From an uncultured Nitrospiraceae bacterium (GTDB lineage: Bacteria > Nitrospirota > Thermodesulfovibrionia > Thermodesulfovibrionales > UBA6898), in NCBI GenBank assembly GCA_963811165.1, contig CAWEQH010000001.1, forward strand, positions 320,001 through 384,000: a stretch of DNA of 64,000 bases, in the 5' to 3' direction. Positions within the stretch are counted from its first letter, which is position 1. Every line of letters begins with the position of its first letter. Made by a program: the position numbers and the translations under genes. Below, piece after piece: positions 55,284-64,000 of this stretch. The notes beneath the pieces were generated by a model. That model searched no databases. It worked only from the letters and a program-made list of their open reading frames with translations, and was not told the origin of the DNA.

Positions 55284-57587
55284 TCAATCGAAGTCTATTC
55301 GGGAAGGCTCCTTAATCTCCAAAAGAGACTTTGAGGGCGAGAGCTGTCTGGGCTGAGTGCCCTCCTTAAAATATTCCCTGATGCCCGATTCATCGCGTGA
55401 AAGCAGGCCCGTCTTCGGATCTATCACGGAGGATACAATGCCCTCCGGCACCGCAAACTCTTCGGAGCCGCCGCCCCGCAGCGCATTTTGCATAAAGGAA
55501 ACCCATATCGGAGACGCCGCCCTCGCCCCCGTCTCAAGAGGACCAAGTGTCTTAAAGTTGTCGAACCCCACCCATACGCAGGAAACAAGGTTTGAGCTGT
55601 AGCCGACAAACCAGGCGTCTTTATAATCGTTGGTAGTCCCGGTCTTCCCTGCAACAGGCAGCCCGAGCGCTTTGGCGCGCCAGCCTGTCCCGTACTTCAC
55701 GACGTCTTCCATCATCGAGGTTATCAAAAAAGTCGTCTGGGGGCTTAGGACCTGCTCGGGTTCGGGCTCGTTGCTCTCCAATATCCTGCCCTTTTTGTCC
55801 GTGACATATTTAATAGAAATCGGTTTTACCTTCATTCCGTTGCTTGCAAAAAGATCATAGACCATAGCAAGTTGGAACGGGGTGATATTGAAAGACCCGA
55901 GCGCCACACTGAGATTGCGCGGGATGTCCCCCTCGAAACCGATCGTCCGGGCGAAGTTTAAAAGGTTGTCGATGCCCATCGCATCGACAACCTTCACCGT
56001 GACGACGTTCCTCGAATACGTCAGCGCCTCTCGAAGACGGGTAGGTCCGTAGAATTTATGGTCATAGTTTTCCGGCGTCCATTCTCCTTTTTGGCCTCCC
56101 ATGTAAGATACCGGCTCGTCATTGATGATGCTTGCCGGAGTGAAGCCGTTGTCCATTGCCGCCGCGTAGATGACCGGTTTGAACGCCGATCCGGGTTGCC
56201 GCTTGGCGAGTATGACCCTGTTGAAATCGCTGCGGGTGAAATCATACCCCCCCACCATGGCCCTGATGAAGCCGGAATAGGGCTCGACGGAGATCAGGGC
56301 CCCCTCCACCTCAGGGTCCTGCTCGAGCGCGAGTTGGATGTTATTGTTGAGGATACTCTTGATGCTTACCTTTACGACGTCGCCCGGACTTAATATCTTC
56401 GACAAGGTAAAGTTACGTATCATCTTTGACACGCCGTTTTTGGTAAGGGTCTTCGATGCCCAGACGGCGTCTTTTATCCCGAGTTTTCCTATGACGCCAC
56501 GGGTTTTGATGAGGGCGTCCTTATCAGAGACCTTCAGAACAAGGCCGGAATAAATATCGCCCGGGTTTATCGCCACTGTCCCTGAAAGCTCTTTCGTTTT
56601 GAGTTCCTTTTCGAAATCCGTATCTTTTTTGTGCTCAAGCGGGCCGCGCCAGCCCCTTCTCTTGTCCACCTCCTTAAGTCCTGCCTGCACCGCGTTTACC
56701 GCAGAGACCTGCATCCCCCTGTTTAGGGTGGTATATACCTTCAGCCCGCTCTTATATACGGTGTCGACGCCGTATTTCTCTTCGAGGTATTTCTTCACAT
56801 AATCGATGAAATAGCTGTTTGCCTCTATGCCTTTTTTGGGGCTCGACAGATAAAGCGGCTGCCGGGATGCGGCTTCCCTTTCTGATTTATTGATGTACCC
56901 TTCCTCCTCCATCCGGGACAAAACAGTGGCCTGTCTGTCCTTTGCCTTTGATAGGTCGTTAAAAGGCGAATAGAGGGTAGGCGCCTTTACGAGACCGGCT
57001 ATAAGAGAGGCCTCGGCCAGTGTCAGGTGTCTCACGGATTTGCCGAAATACACTTTTGACGCCATCTCCACTCCGTAAGCCCCGTGGCCGAAATAGACCT
57101 TATTCAGATACAGTTCCAGTATCTCTTTCTTACTGAGGGTTTTTTCTATCTTTATCGCAAGCGAGGCCTCCATCAATTTCCTCTTTAAGGTCTTCTCGGG
57201 GCTCAGAAAAACTACTTTGGCCAACTGCTGGGTGAGTGTGCTGCCGCCTTCCTTGAGGCTGGCGTGGATGACGTCCTTGACGACGGCCCTCGCTATCGCG
57301 ATATAGTCTATCCCCTTATGTTTCCAGAACCTGGAGTCTTCAACAGCGATAATGGCGTTGATCATATTTTTGGGCATGCTCTCCAGCGGGACGAAGATGC
57401 CCTTCTCTATCTTCAGTTCACCGATCAATACATCGTCGTCGGAGTAAATCTTCGTCCCTTCCACGTGATGATATTGCTTAAGTTCTTCAATCGAAGGTAT
57501 CCCCTTCGCTATTGCGATATAGCCGCCCGCAATGCCCCCCAAAAGAAGCGCGGCTAACGTGAAAACGATGATTAACCTGTATTTCAT
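55284..57587 (-). CDS. mrcA: Penicillin-binding protein 1A
   Basis: EDSRF, GGSTLTQQ, RKLME, SAFK, SRN, KTGTT motifs. Confidence 0.9.
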   Translation of the reverse strand: MKYRLIIVFTLAALLLGGIAGGYIAIAKGIPSIEELKQYHHVEGTKIYSDDDVLIGELKIEKGIFVPLESMPKNMINAIIAVEDSRFWKHKGIDYIAIARAVVKDVIHASLKEGGSTLTQQLAKVVFLSPEKTLKRKLMEASLAIKIEKTLSKKEILELYLNKVYFGHGAYGVEMASKVYFGKSVRHLTLAEASLIAGLVKAPTLYSPFNDLSKAKDRQATVLSRMEEEGYINKSEREAASRQPLYLSSPKKGIEANSYFIDYVKKYLEEKYGVDTVYKSGLKVYTTLNRGMQVSAVNAVQAGLKEVDKRRGWRGPLEHKKDTDFEKELKTKELSGTVAINPGDIYSGLVLKVSDKDALIKTRGVIGKLGIKDAVWASKTLTKNGVSKMIRNFTLSKILSPGDVVKVSIKSILNNNIQLALEQDPEVEGALISVEPYSGFIRAMVGGYDFTRSDFNRVILAKRQPGSAFKPVIYAAAMDNGFTPASIINDEPVSYMGGQKGEWTPENYDHKFYGPTRLREALTYSRNVVTVKVVDAMGIDNLLNFARTIGFEGDIPRNLSVALGSFNITPFQLAMVYDLFASNGMKVKPISIKYVTDKKGRILESNEPEPEQVLSPQTTFLITSMMEDVVKYGTGWRAKALGLPVAGKTGTTNDYKDAWFVGYSSNLVSCVWVGFDNFKTLGPLETGARAASPIWVSFMQNALRGGGSEEFAVPEGIVSSVIDPKTGLLSRDESGIREYFKEGTQPRQLSPSKSLLEIKEPSRIDFD

Positions 57588-57640
57588 GGCAATTTTAATT
57601 ATAACCCCGCGCCCGAAATGCTGTCAAAATGACCGGAAAA

Positions 57641-59620
57641 TCAGCCGATCAGTTTCAGGATAAAGTTCACTCCTCCGCCGATAAGAAGGGCAAAAGTCGT
57701 GATAAGGGAAAACATGAGGAAGGCGGTCTTTGCCCCCCGCTCCTTGATGATCATGAACAAGCTTGCCAGACAAGGGACAAAGAGGGTCAGCGTAATAATG
57801 CTCACTATTATCTGGTCGGTGCTTAGGAGGCCCTGTTTGGAGAGCTGAAAGAGGCCTGCAGCGCCGTAGTCTCTTCTTAGGAACCCCAGAATCAGGACGC
57901 TCGTTGTTTTTTCAGGCAGGCCCAGAAAGCTGACAACGACGGGAGACGCGGCGCTTTCGAGCCATCTTAAGACATTTGTTTTGTCCAGGACAAAGAGCAC
58001 AAAGGTGCCGAGGACAAATAACGGTACCGCTTCCTTAAGGTACCACTCGATCCTTCCCGCGGTCTTCATGAGGATATTGCCCATTCGCGGAAGCCTGATG
58101 GGGGGTATCTCGAGAAAAAAGTCCGCCTTTTCTCCCGGTACTACTAGCGAGGCGATATACCCTCCAAGCATCAGGACCGAAATGACCGCACCCCCCCACC
58201 ACAGAGCAACTTTAAGGGGATAGGGGCCGAGCATTCCCAGTATTACCCCCAGCTGGGCAGAGCAGGGGATGGCTAGGGCTATAAGGAACGTCGCGATAAT
58301 CCTTTCTCTTTTTGTCTCGAGTATCCTCGTGGTCATGGTAGCCATCGTCCCGCACCCGAGTCCCAGAACCATAGGAAGCACCGCCTTCCCGTTCAATCCT
58401 ATCTTCGAAAAAGCGCTGTTTGCGAGGACCGCGATCCTGGGCAGATACCCGCTGTCTTCAAGGAATCCGAATGCGACAAAGAAAGTCGCGGTTATCGGGA
58501 GGATTATCGCAACTGCGTAAGTTATCGCCATAGTAAACATTCCGTACTGGCCGACAAAAAAGTCCTGAGCCAGGGTGAAGGGTATGAGGTACCTGACCGC
58601 TTTTATCATTCCCGGGCTTATATATCGGCCGAATATGACTTCTTCGAAAAAATTGACTAATATTCCGGCGCCGAATTTCCCCACGAACTCGTAAAAGCAA
58701 AAAAGTGCAAATATGAGGAAAAAGACGCCCCAGAAAGGATGCATAGACCACTTGCCTATCCATTGGGCCGTCTGTCCTGCGCGGGCGCCGCTTTTTTCCA
58801 TAACCGCCCCGACTATTTTTTCCGACATCTCTATCCTCTTTCTGGAGATGACGGTTGCGACCTGCTCTTTTTGCTTTGTTTGGGCCTCGTCTCTTATGTC
58901 CTCGATCTCTTTGATCTTGTCGGAGTTGAGATTGGCGATGAACCACCCTCTCATGCTGTCGTCGCCGGAGAGGACCATAAGGGCCAGGGCCCGCTTCGAG
59001 ATGCTTGCATCGGGCAACAGCGCCGAGACCCTGTCGACGTATTTTTCGATACTGTCTCCGTAATGCGTGTTGATTTTCGGTTTCGTGGGGGTAAGAAGCG
59101 CCTCTTTCAGTTTCGGGATGCCTTTTCTTTGGGGGGCGACCGTGGCTATGACCTTAATGCCGAGCATTTCCTCAAGCTTTTTGTAATCTATCTCGATCCC
59201 CCTGGCGGTAGCCTCGTCTTCCATGTTCAATGCTAGGATACACGGCAGGCCCATTTCAGCGAGTTGGAGCAGGAGCATGAGGGCCCTTTTCAGATTTTTT
59301 GAATCAGCAACCAGGACGACGTTTTCCGGCCTTTCGGCAAGGAGAATATCACGCGTGACGCGTTCATCCTCGCTCATCGGCACGAAGCTGTTTACCCCCG
59401 GGGAATCGACGATAAGCATCCTCTTGCCGTCAAGGCTGAGGTTGCCGTGTGAGACCTCCACGGTCGTACCTGGATAGTTAGAGACAGTAACGTATTTCCC
59501 TGTCAGAAGACCGAAGATAACGCTTTTGCCCACATTTGGGTTGCCGACCAGAACGACCCTGCCGTATTTCTGTTTTTTCTTTTCCTCTTTTACCGCTTTT
59601 ACGTCCCGCATTTTTTGCAA
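57641..59620 (-). CDS. feoB: Ferrous iron transporter B
   Basis: GNPNVGKS, NYPGTTVE, DSPG, LEDSGYLPR, IPCSAQ, VPC. Confidence 0.9.
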   Translation of the reverse strand: MQKMRDVKAVKEEKKKQKYGRVVLVGNPNVGKSVIFGLLTGKYVTVSNYPGTTVEVSHGNLSLDGKRMLIVDSPGVNSFVPMSEDERVTRDILLAERPENVVLVADSKNLKRALMLLLQLAEMGLPCILALNMEDEATARGIEIDYKKLEEMLGIKVIATVAPQRKGIPKLKEALLTPTKPKINTHYGDSIEKYVDRVSALLPDASISKRALALMVLSGDDSMRGWFIANLNSDKIKEIEDIRDEAQTKQKEQVATVISRKRIEMSEKIVGAVMEKSGARAGQTAQWIGKWSMHPFWGVFFLIFALFCFYEFVGKFGAGILVNFFEEVIFGRYISPGMIKAVRYLIPFTLAQDFFVGQYGMFTMAITYAVAIILPITATFFVAFGFLEDSGYLPRIAVLANSAFSKIGLNGKAVLPMVLGLGCGTMATMTTRILETKRERIIATFLIALAIPCSAQLGVILGMLGPYPLKVALWWGGAVISVLMLGGYIASLVVPGEKADFFLEIPPIRLPRMGNILMKTAGRIEWYLKEAVPLFVLGTFVLFVLDKTNVLRWLESAASPVVVSFLGLPEKTTSVLILGFLRRDYGAAGLFQLSKQGLLSTDQIIVSIITLTLFVPCLASLFMIIKERGAKTAFLMFSLITTFALLIGGGVNFILKLIG

Positions 59621-60021
59621 TGTCCCCTTATCTCAAGCATATGGCTTGATCCGGCGAAACTGTTTTTTTTGCAGATCTCGTCCTGGAGGTTCTCCAGTTT
59701 CTCGGAATAGAATTCTATGATCTCCCCGCAGCCTTCGCAGATCATATGATCGTGATGCGTATGTCCGTACGTGTGTTCGTAGATATTGCCTTTATCGGTC
59801 CTGGTGACCCGGTTGACGAGACCACACTCCACAAGAAGGCTCAACGTCCTGTACACCGACGCCCGCGACGCCTTGGACCCGGAGTCCTTTATCCGTAAAT
59901 AGAGGTATTCGGGATCAAAATGACCGTGGAAGGAGTAGACCTCGCTGAGGACCGCGGTGCGCTCCTTAGTGAGTTTCAGTCCCTTCCCCCCGAGAAAATT
60001 ACGAAAGATCAGATTTTCCAT
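59599..60021 (-). CDS. fur: Fur-family transcriptional regulator
   Basis: ASVYRTL, HHDHMICEGCG, C-terminal CKKC. Confidence 0.9.
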   Translation of the reverse strand: MENLIFRNFLGGKGLKLTKERTAVLSEVYSFHGHFDPEYLYLRIKDSGSKASRASVYRTLSLLVECGLVNRVTRTDKGNIYEHTYGHTHHDHMICEGCGEIIEFYSEKLENLQDEICKKNSFAGSSHMLEIRGHCKKCGT

Positions 60022-60030
60022 TTGGTTAGT

Positions 60031-60061
60031 CTAACTGAAATTGAGACTGAATTGCAATTAG
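60031..60061. promoter_or_regulatory. Inverted repeat, candidate Fur operator of fur-feoB
   Basis: CTAACTGAAATTGAG-A-CTGAATTGCAATTAG, 12 of 15 positions complementary, about 10 nt upstream of the fur start. Confidence 0.6.
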
Positions 60062-60227
60062 ACCGTGCATACATTGGGCGAAGGCCCTCGGGAAGGATGC
60101 CGTCAACGCGGGTTTTTGCAATTTTACATTTATTTTGCATTTGTGCTAAGGTTAAAAATTGGTTTCGGGTACTTCGTGCCGGAACGGCTTTACGCTACGC
60201 TGAACAGTTTTCCTTTGGAGGCTCAAG

Positions 60228-61427
60228 ATGGTCAAAAAGATAGTGCTTGCATATTCAGGGGGTCTCGATACCTCTGTGGCGATAAAGTGGCTTAAAGAGA
60301 CGTACAACGCGGATGTTATTGCCTTCTGTGCCGATCTCGGGCAGGGTGAGGACCTGAGGGAAGCCAAACAGAAGGCCCTTAAGACAGGGGCCTCAAAGGT
60401 ATACATCGAGGACCTTAGAGAAGAGTTCGTCAAGGATTATATATTCCCGATGCTTAGGGGCAATGCCGTCTATGAAGGTTTTTATCTTTTGGGTACGTCG
60501 ATTGCAAGGCCCCTTATTGCGAAAAGACAAATAGAGATAGCGAAGCGGGAAGGGGCGGACGCCGTGGCCCACGGAGCAACAGGCAAGGGCAATGACCAGA
60601 TACGGTTTGAGTTGACGAGCTACGCGCTTAATCCCGACATAAAGATCATCGCCCCGTGGAGGGAATGGACCTTTGATTCGCGGAAGTCTCTGATGGACTA
60701 CGCAAGAAAGCACGGCATCCCGGTCACCGCAACCAAAAAGAAACCCTTTAGCACCGACAGGAACATCTTACATATAAGCTATGAAGGAGGGATCCTCGAA
60801 GACCCCTGGAAAGAGCCTCCTTCCGACATGTACACGATGACGGCGCCGCTTGAGAAGACCCCGGACAGACCCGCATACATCGAAATAGACTTCGAAAAAG
60901 GAGATCCTGTCAGCGTCAACGGCAAGAGGATGTCTCCCGCCCGACTCCTTGAGACGCTGAACTCAATTGGGGGGAGGCACGGCATAGGGAGGATCGATAT
61001 CGTCGAAAACAGGCTGGTCGGCATAAAGTCCCGCGGAGTGTACGAGACCCCTGGCGGGACATTGCTTCACATCGGCAGAAGGGCCGTCGAATCGATCACG
61101 CTAGACAGGGAAGTGAAACATCTGGCCGACTCTCTGATGCCTAAGTACGCTGAACTTATATATTATGGATACTGGTTTTCGCCGGAGCGTCTGGCCCTTC
61201 AGAACATGATCGACGGGATGCAGAAGGTGGTCAACGGTACGGTCAGACTTAAACTCTACAAAGGCAACTGCGTGGTGACCGGCAGGAAGTCTCCGGGTTC
61301 TCTTTATGATGCCAGACTGGCAACGTTCGAAGAAGAGGACGTGTATGATCAAAAGGACGCCGAGGGGTTCATAAAGCTTCTTGCCCTCAGGCTTAAGGCC
61401 GATAGGTCCCTGAGGAAAAAGGCATGA
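60228..61427 (+). CDS. argG: Argininosuccinate synthase
   Basis: [30 protein letters not shown]. Confidence 0.95.
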   Translation: MVKKIVLAYSGGLDTSVAIKWLKETYNADVIAFCADLGQGEDLREAKQKALKTGASKVYIEDLREEFVKDYIFPMLRGNAVYEGFYLLGTSIARPLIAKRQIEIAKREGADAVAHGATGKGNDQIRFELTSYALNPDIKIIAPWREWTFDSRKSLMDYARKHGIPVTATKKKPFSTDRNILHISYEGGILEDPWKEPPSDMYTMTAPLEKTPDRPAYIEIDFEKGDPVSVNGKRMSPARLLETLNSIGGRHGIGRIDIVENRLVGIKSRGVYETPGGTLLHIGRRAVESITLDREVKHLADSLMPKYAELIYYGYWFSPERLALQNMIDGMQKVVNGTVRLKLYKGNCVVTGRKSPGSLYDARLATFEEEDVYDQKDAEGFIKLLALRLKADRSLRKKA

Positions 61428-62512
61428 CTGATATCAGGTATTGGGTCGGTCTCTCCCTTGTCCCCGAGGTCGGCCCGGTCTTGTCCCGGAAGTTGCTTTC
61501 AGAGCTGGGAAGCCCCGAAAATATCTTTGAGGCCGGAACTGACGACCTGCTTTCGATAAGGGGGCTGGGCAAGGAAAAGGCGGCCGGGATAAAGGCGTTT
61601 CGGCACTGGGACAGGGTCGATACCATCGTAAAGGTCACGGAGAAAAAAGGCATACGAATTGTCGGATATCAGGACCCGAATTATCCCGAGGTATTGAAGG
61701 AGCTCGACGGGGCCCCCGTAGTTCTGTATATGAAAGGCGACTATTGCTGCGAGGACAGATTCGGTATCGCCGTTGTCGGGTCGCGCAAACATACCGCCTA
61801 TGGCGAGGCCGTCACGCGGAAGATATCCGGTGAACTCGCCTCATCGGGATTTACCATTATAAGCGGAATGGCGCGGGGGATCGACACGTTTTCCCACGAA
61901 AGCGCGCTGGCAGCGGGGGGCAGGACGATTGCGGTACTGGGCTCGGGTCTCGATGTGCATTATCCTGCGGAAAACAAGGGACTTATGGAGAGAATAATAT
62001 TATCGGGCTGTGCGGTAAGTGAATTCCCCCCGGGTACGATGCCGAGCAGGGAGAATTTCCCCCGGAGAAACAGGTTGATCAGCGGTCTTTCCCTGGGCGT
62101 ACTGGTCGTCGAGGCGGCCTCCGACAGCGGGTCTTTGATCACGGCCAACTTTGCCCTTGAGCAGAATAAAGAGATCTTTGCGGTGCCTGGACAAATAACC
62201 TCCCGCAACTCCGACGGGACGAACGGCCTCATAAAACAGGGTGCAAAAGTTGTACTCGCTGCGGACGATATCATAGAAGAGCTGGCCCCTGTATTGAGAG
62301 GTTTTATCAGGAAGAGCGACTGCCGGCCCCCCGCAGAGATCTCTGAAGAAGAAGGCAGGATGTGCGGGGTCCTGACGCGGGAGCCTCAACATATCGATCT
62401 GCTTTCAAGGGAGAGCGGGCTGCCGGTCCATACCGCACTCAATCTGCTCCTTTCTCTGGAACTCAAAGGCGTTGTCAGGCAGTCAAACGGGAAAAGATTT
62501 TATCTGGTATGA
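61424..62512 (+). CDS. dprA: DNA-processing protein DprA
   Basis: [32 protein letters not shown]. Confidence 0.95.
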   Translation: MTDIRYWVGLSLVPEVGPVLSRKLLSELGSPENIFEAGTDDLLSIRGLGKEKAAGIKAFRHWDRVDTIVKVTEKKGIRIVGYQDPNYPEVLKELDGAPVVLYMKGDYCCEDRFGIAVVGSRKHTAYGEAVTRKISGELASSGFTIISGMARGIDTFSHESALAAGGRTIAVLGSGLDVHYPAENKGLMERIILSGCAVSEFPPGTMPSRENFPRRNRLISGLSLGVLVVEAASDSGSLITANFALEQNKEIFAVPGQITSRNSDGTNGLIKQGAKVVLAADDIIEELAPVLRGFIRKSDCRPPAEISEEEGRMCGVLTREPQHIDLLSRESGLPVHTALNLLLSLELKGVVRQSNGKRFYLV

Positions 62513-62517
62513 GGTGA

Positions 62518-62805
62518 ATGGTGTCAAAGAAACTGATAAAGATATTAAAGATGATCACACAGGACCTTAAAGAAACCGAATTTTATTCCGAGGAGATACT
62601 CAATACTGTTCAGTACGATGATCCCGATCTGGTCGATATCGGCGAGGAACTTGCGGCGCTCGAGTCTTCCGAAAGCCTTGACGACGACGAACTCGATATA
62701 TTAAAGTCTCTTCTCGTCTACATCATGCTGAAGAAGAGTTCGTATGAAAAGGAAGACATTTATTCTTTGGTGTTCGGAGGAGGAAGAAGGATTATATGGC
62801 AGTGA
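62518..62805 (+). CDS. Acidic hypothetical protein between dprA and topA
   Basis: 95-aa ORF with RBS GAGG, in the position often held by Smg/DUF494. Confidence 0.65.
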   Translation: MVSKKLIKILKMITQDLKETEFYSEEILNTVQYDDPDLVDIGEELAALESSESLDDDELDILKSLLVYIMLKKSSYEKEDIYSLVFGGGRRIIWQ

Positions 62806-62839
62806 TATATCGGGGTAACAGGTACGCAGGAGGTCGGCA

Positions 62840-64000
62840 ATGAAGTCTCTTGTCATCGTTGAGTCTCCTGCGAAGGCGAAAACGATCAGCAAGATACTCG
62901 GGAGCTCCTTCGAGGTCAAGGCATCGGTCGGGCATGTCAAGGACCTCCCTGTAAAGGAAATGGGGATCGACATCGAAAACAACTTCACCCCCAACTACAT
63001 TGTCATCCCCGGTAAGGAGAAGGTGATCAGGGAGCTCAAGAAGGCCTCAAAAGAGGCGGAAACGATTTATCTCGCCCCCGACCCTGACAGGGAAGGTGAG
63101 GCGATCGCCTGGCATATCGCCGACGAGATCAAGGGAAAATCCAAAAAGGTCTACAGAATAAAGTTTAATGAGATCACGAAGGCGGCAGTGCTTGAATCGA
63201 TCAAGCATCCCGGGGAGATCGACCTTCAGAAGGTCGATGCACAGCAGGCCCGGCGCGTTTTAGACAGGCTTGTGGGATATGAACTGAGCCCCCTGCTTTG
63301 GAGGAAGGTCAGAAGAGGGCTCAGCGCCGGAAGGGTCCAGTCCGTGGCGGTCAGGCTCGTCGTGGAGAGGGAACGCGAGATCGAGGCATTCAAATCAGAA
63401 GAGTACTGGTCGATCAACGCCGAGTTCGAAGGCTCCAGTAAGCCGCTTTTCTGGGCGAAACTGTTTAAGTATAACGGTGAGAAGATAGATATCAAGAACT
63501 CCGAGACTGCAGAGGCGGTGTTGGCGGACATCAAGGGCAGCAGTTTCATCCTTGCAAAGATCGAGCGGAAGACAAAGAAAAGGATGCCTTCGCCTCCTTT
63601 TATTACGAGCACTCTCCAGCAGGAGGCTGCGAGGAAACTGCGCTTTACCGCGAAAAAAACAATGTCCGTTGCCCAACAGCTTTATGAGGGGATCGAACTG
63701 GGCGAAGAAGGAGCGGCCGGCCTTATCACGTATATGAGGACGGATTCATTGCGGGTGGCCGCCGAGGCGCAGCAGGCGGGGAGGGAGTTCATCCTGACGA
63801 CCTACGGCAAGGAGTATCTGCCCGAAAAACCCCCGTTCTACAAAAGCAAGGAATCCGCCCAGGAAGCACATGAAGCGATAAGGCCCACCTATATGACCAA
63901 CACCCCCGAGGGGATAAAATCGTATCTGACCAAAGACCAGCTCTCACTCTATAAACTGATCTGGAACCGTTTTGTGGCGAGCCAGATGGCCCCGGCCCAG
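62840..64000 (+). CDS. topA: DNA topoisomerase I, 3'-partial
   Basis: MKSLVIVESPAKAKTI, DPDREGEAIAWH, SAGRVQSV, LITYMRTDS, QEAHEAIRP read from the sequence. Confidence 0.95.
   Translation, partial: MKSLVIVESPAKAKTISKILGSSFEVKASVGHVKDLPVKEMGIDIENNFTPNYIVIPGKEKVIRELKKASKEAETIYLAPDPDREGEAIAWHIADEIKGKSKKVYRIKFNEITKAAVLESIKHPGEIDLQKVDAQQARRVLDRLVGYELSPLLWRKVRRGLSAGRVQSVAVRLVVEREREIEAFKSEEYWSINAEFEGSSKPLFWAKLFKYNGEKIDIKNSETAEAVLADIKGSSFILAKIERKTKKRMPSPPFITSTLQQEAARKLRFTAKKTMSVAQQLYEGIELGEEGAAGLITYMRTDSLRVAAEAQQAGREFILTTYGKEYLPEKPPFYKSKESAQEAHEAIRPTYMTNTPEGIKSYLTKDQLSLYKLIWNRFVASQMAPAQ

Overview
Bacterial chromosome segment; gene content and style suggest an anaerobic Nitrospirota/Desulfobacterota-like organism (inference only). 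The left ~38 kb is a phosphate-starvation (Pho) island running from phoR, phoH and phoB to pstSCAB-phoU. In it I can read 14 promoters with one architecture: 3-4 direct hexamer repeats (TGTAAC/TTTAAT/CTTCAC-like) at an 11-bp pitch, followed 10-11 nt later by a -10 hexamer. The island carries much more than a standard Pho regulon. (i) A ferrosome-like cluster of HMA2-type proteins, a GxxxG DUF5132-like membrane protein and a 22-aa amphipathic repeat protein, whose pump is a SERCA-type (P2A) ATPase rather than a P1B-6 ATPase; it is coupled to a MetK paralogue with a rewritten methionine/adenosine site and lies next to a CDF transporter lacking its His ligands. (ii) A family of four-cysteine microproteins, CP[HY]-x5-9-C-x17-C-x7-C-x2-[YF]. 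(iii) A GH1/PHP/GT21/DedA lipid-remodelling set. (iv) A secreted purple-acid-phosphatase-like enzyme with an acidic pentapeptide-repeat protein. (v) A radical SAM/SPASM gene with an NPNSSS peptide. The pst operon carries many single-base frameshifts, probably assembly errors. The right ~26 kb is mostly housekeeping (trpBA-accD-folC-lptD, cysC, ribF, atpBE, mrcA, fur-feoB, argG-dprA-topA), with a small patch of structured repeats, an attC-like site, a RelE-type TA pair and an IS1182-like fragment. All family assignments come from motif recognition by eye; no searches were run.
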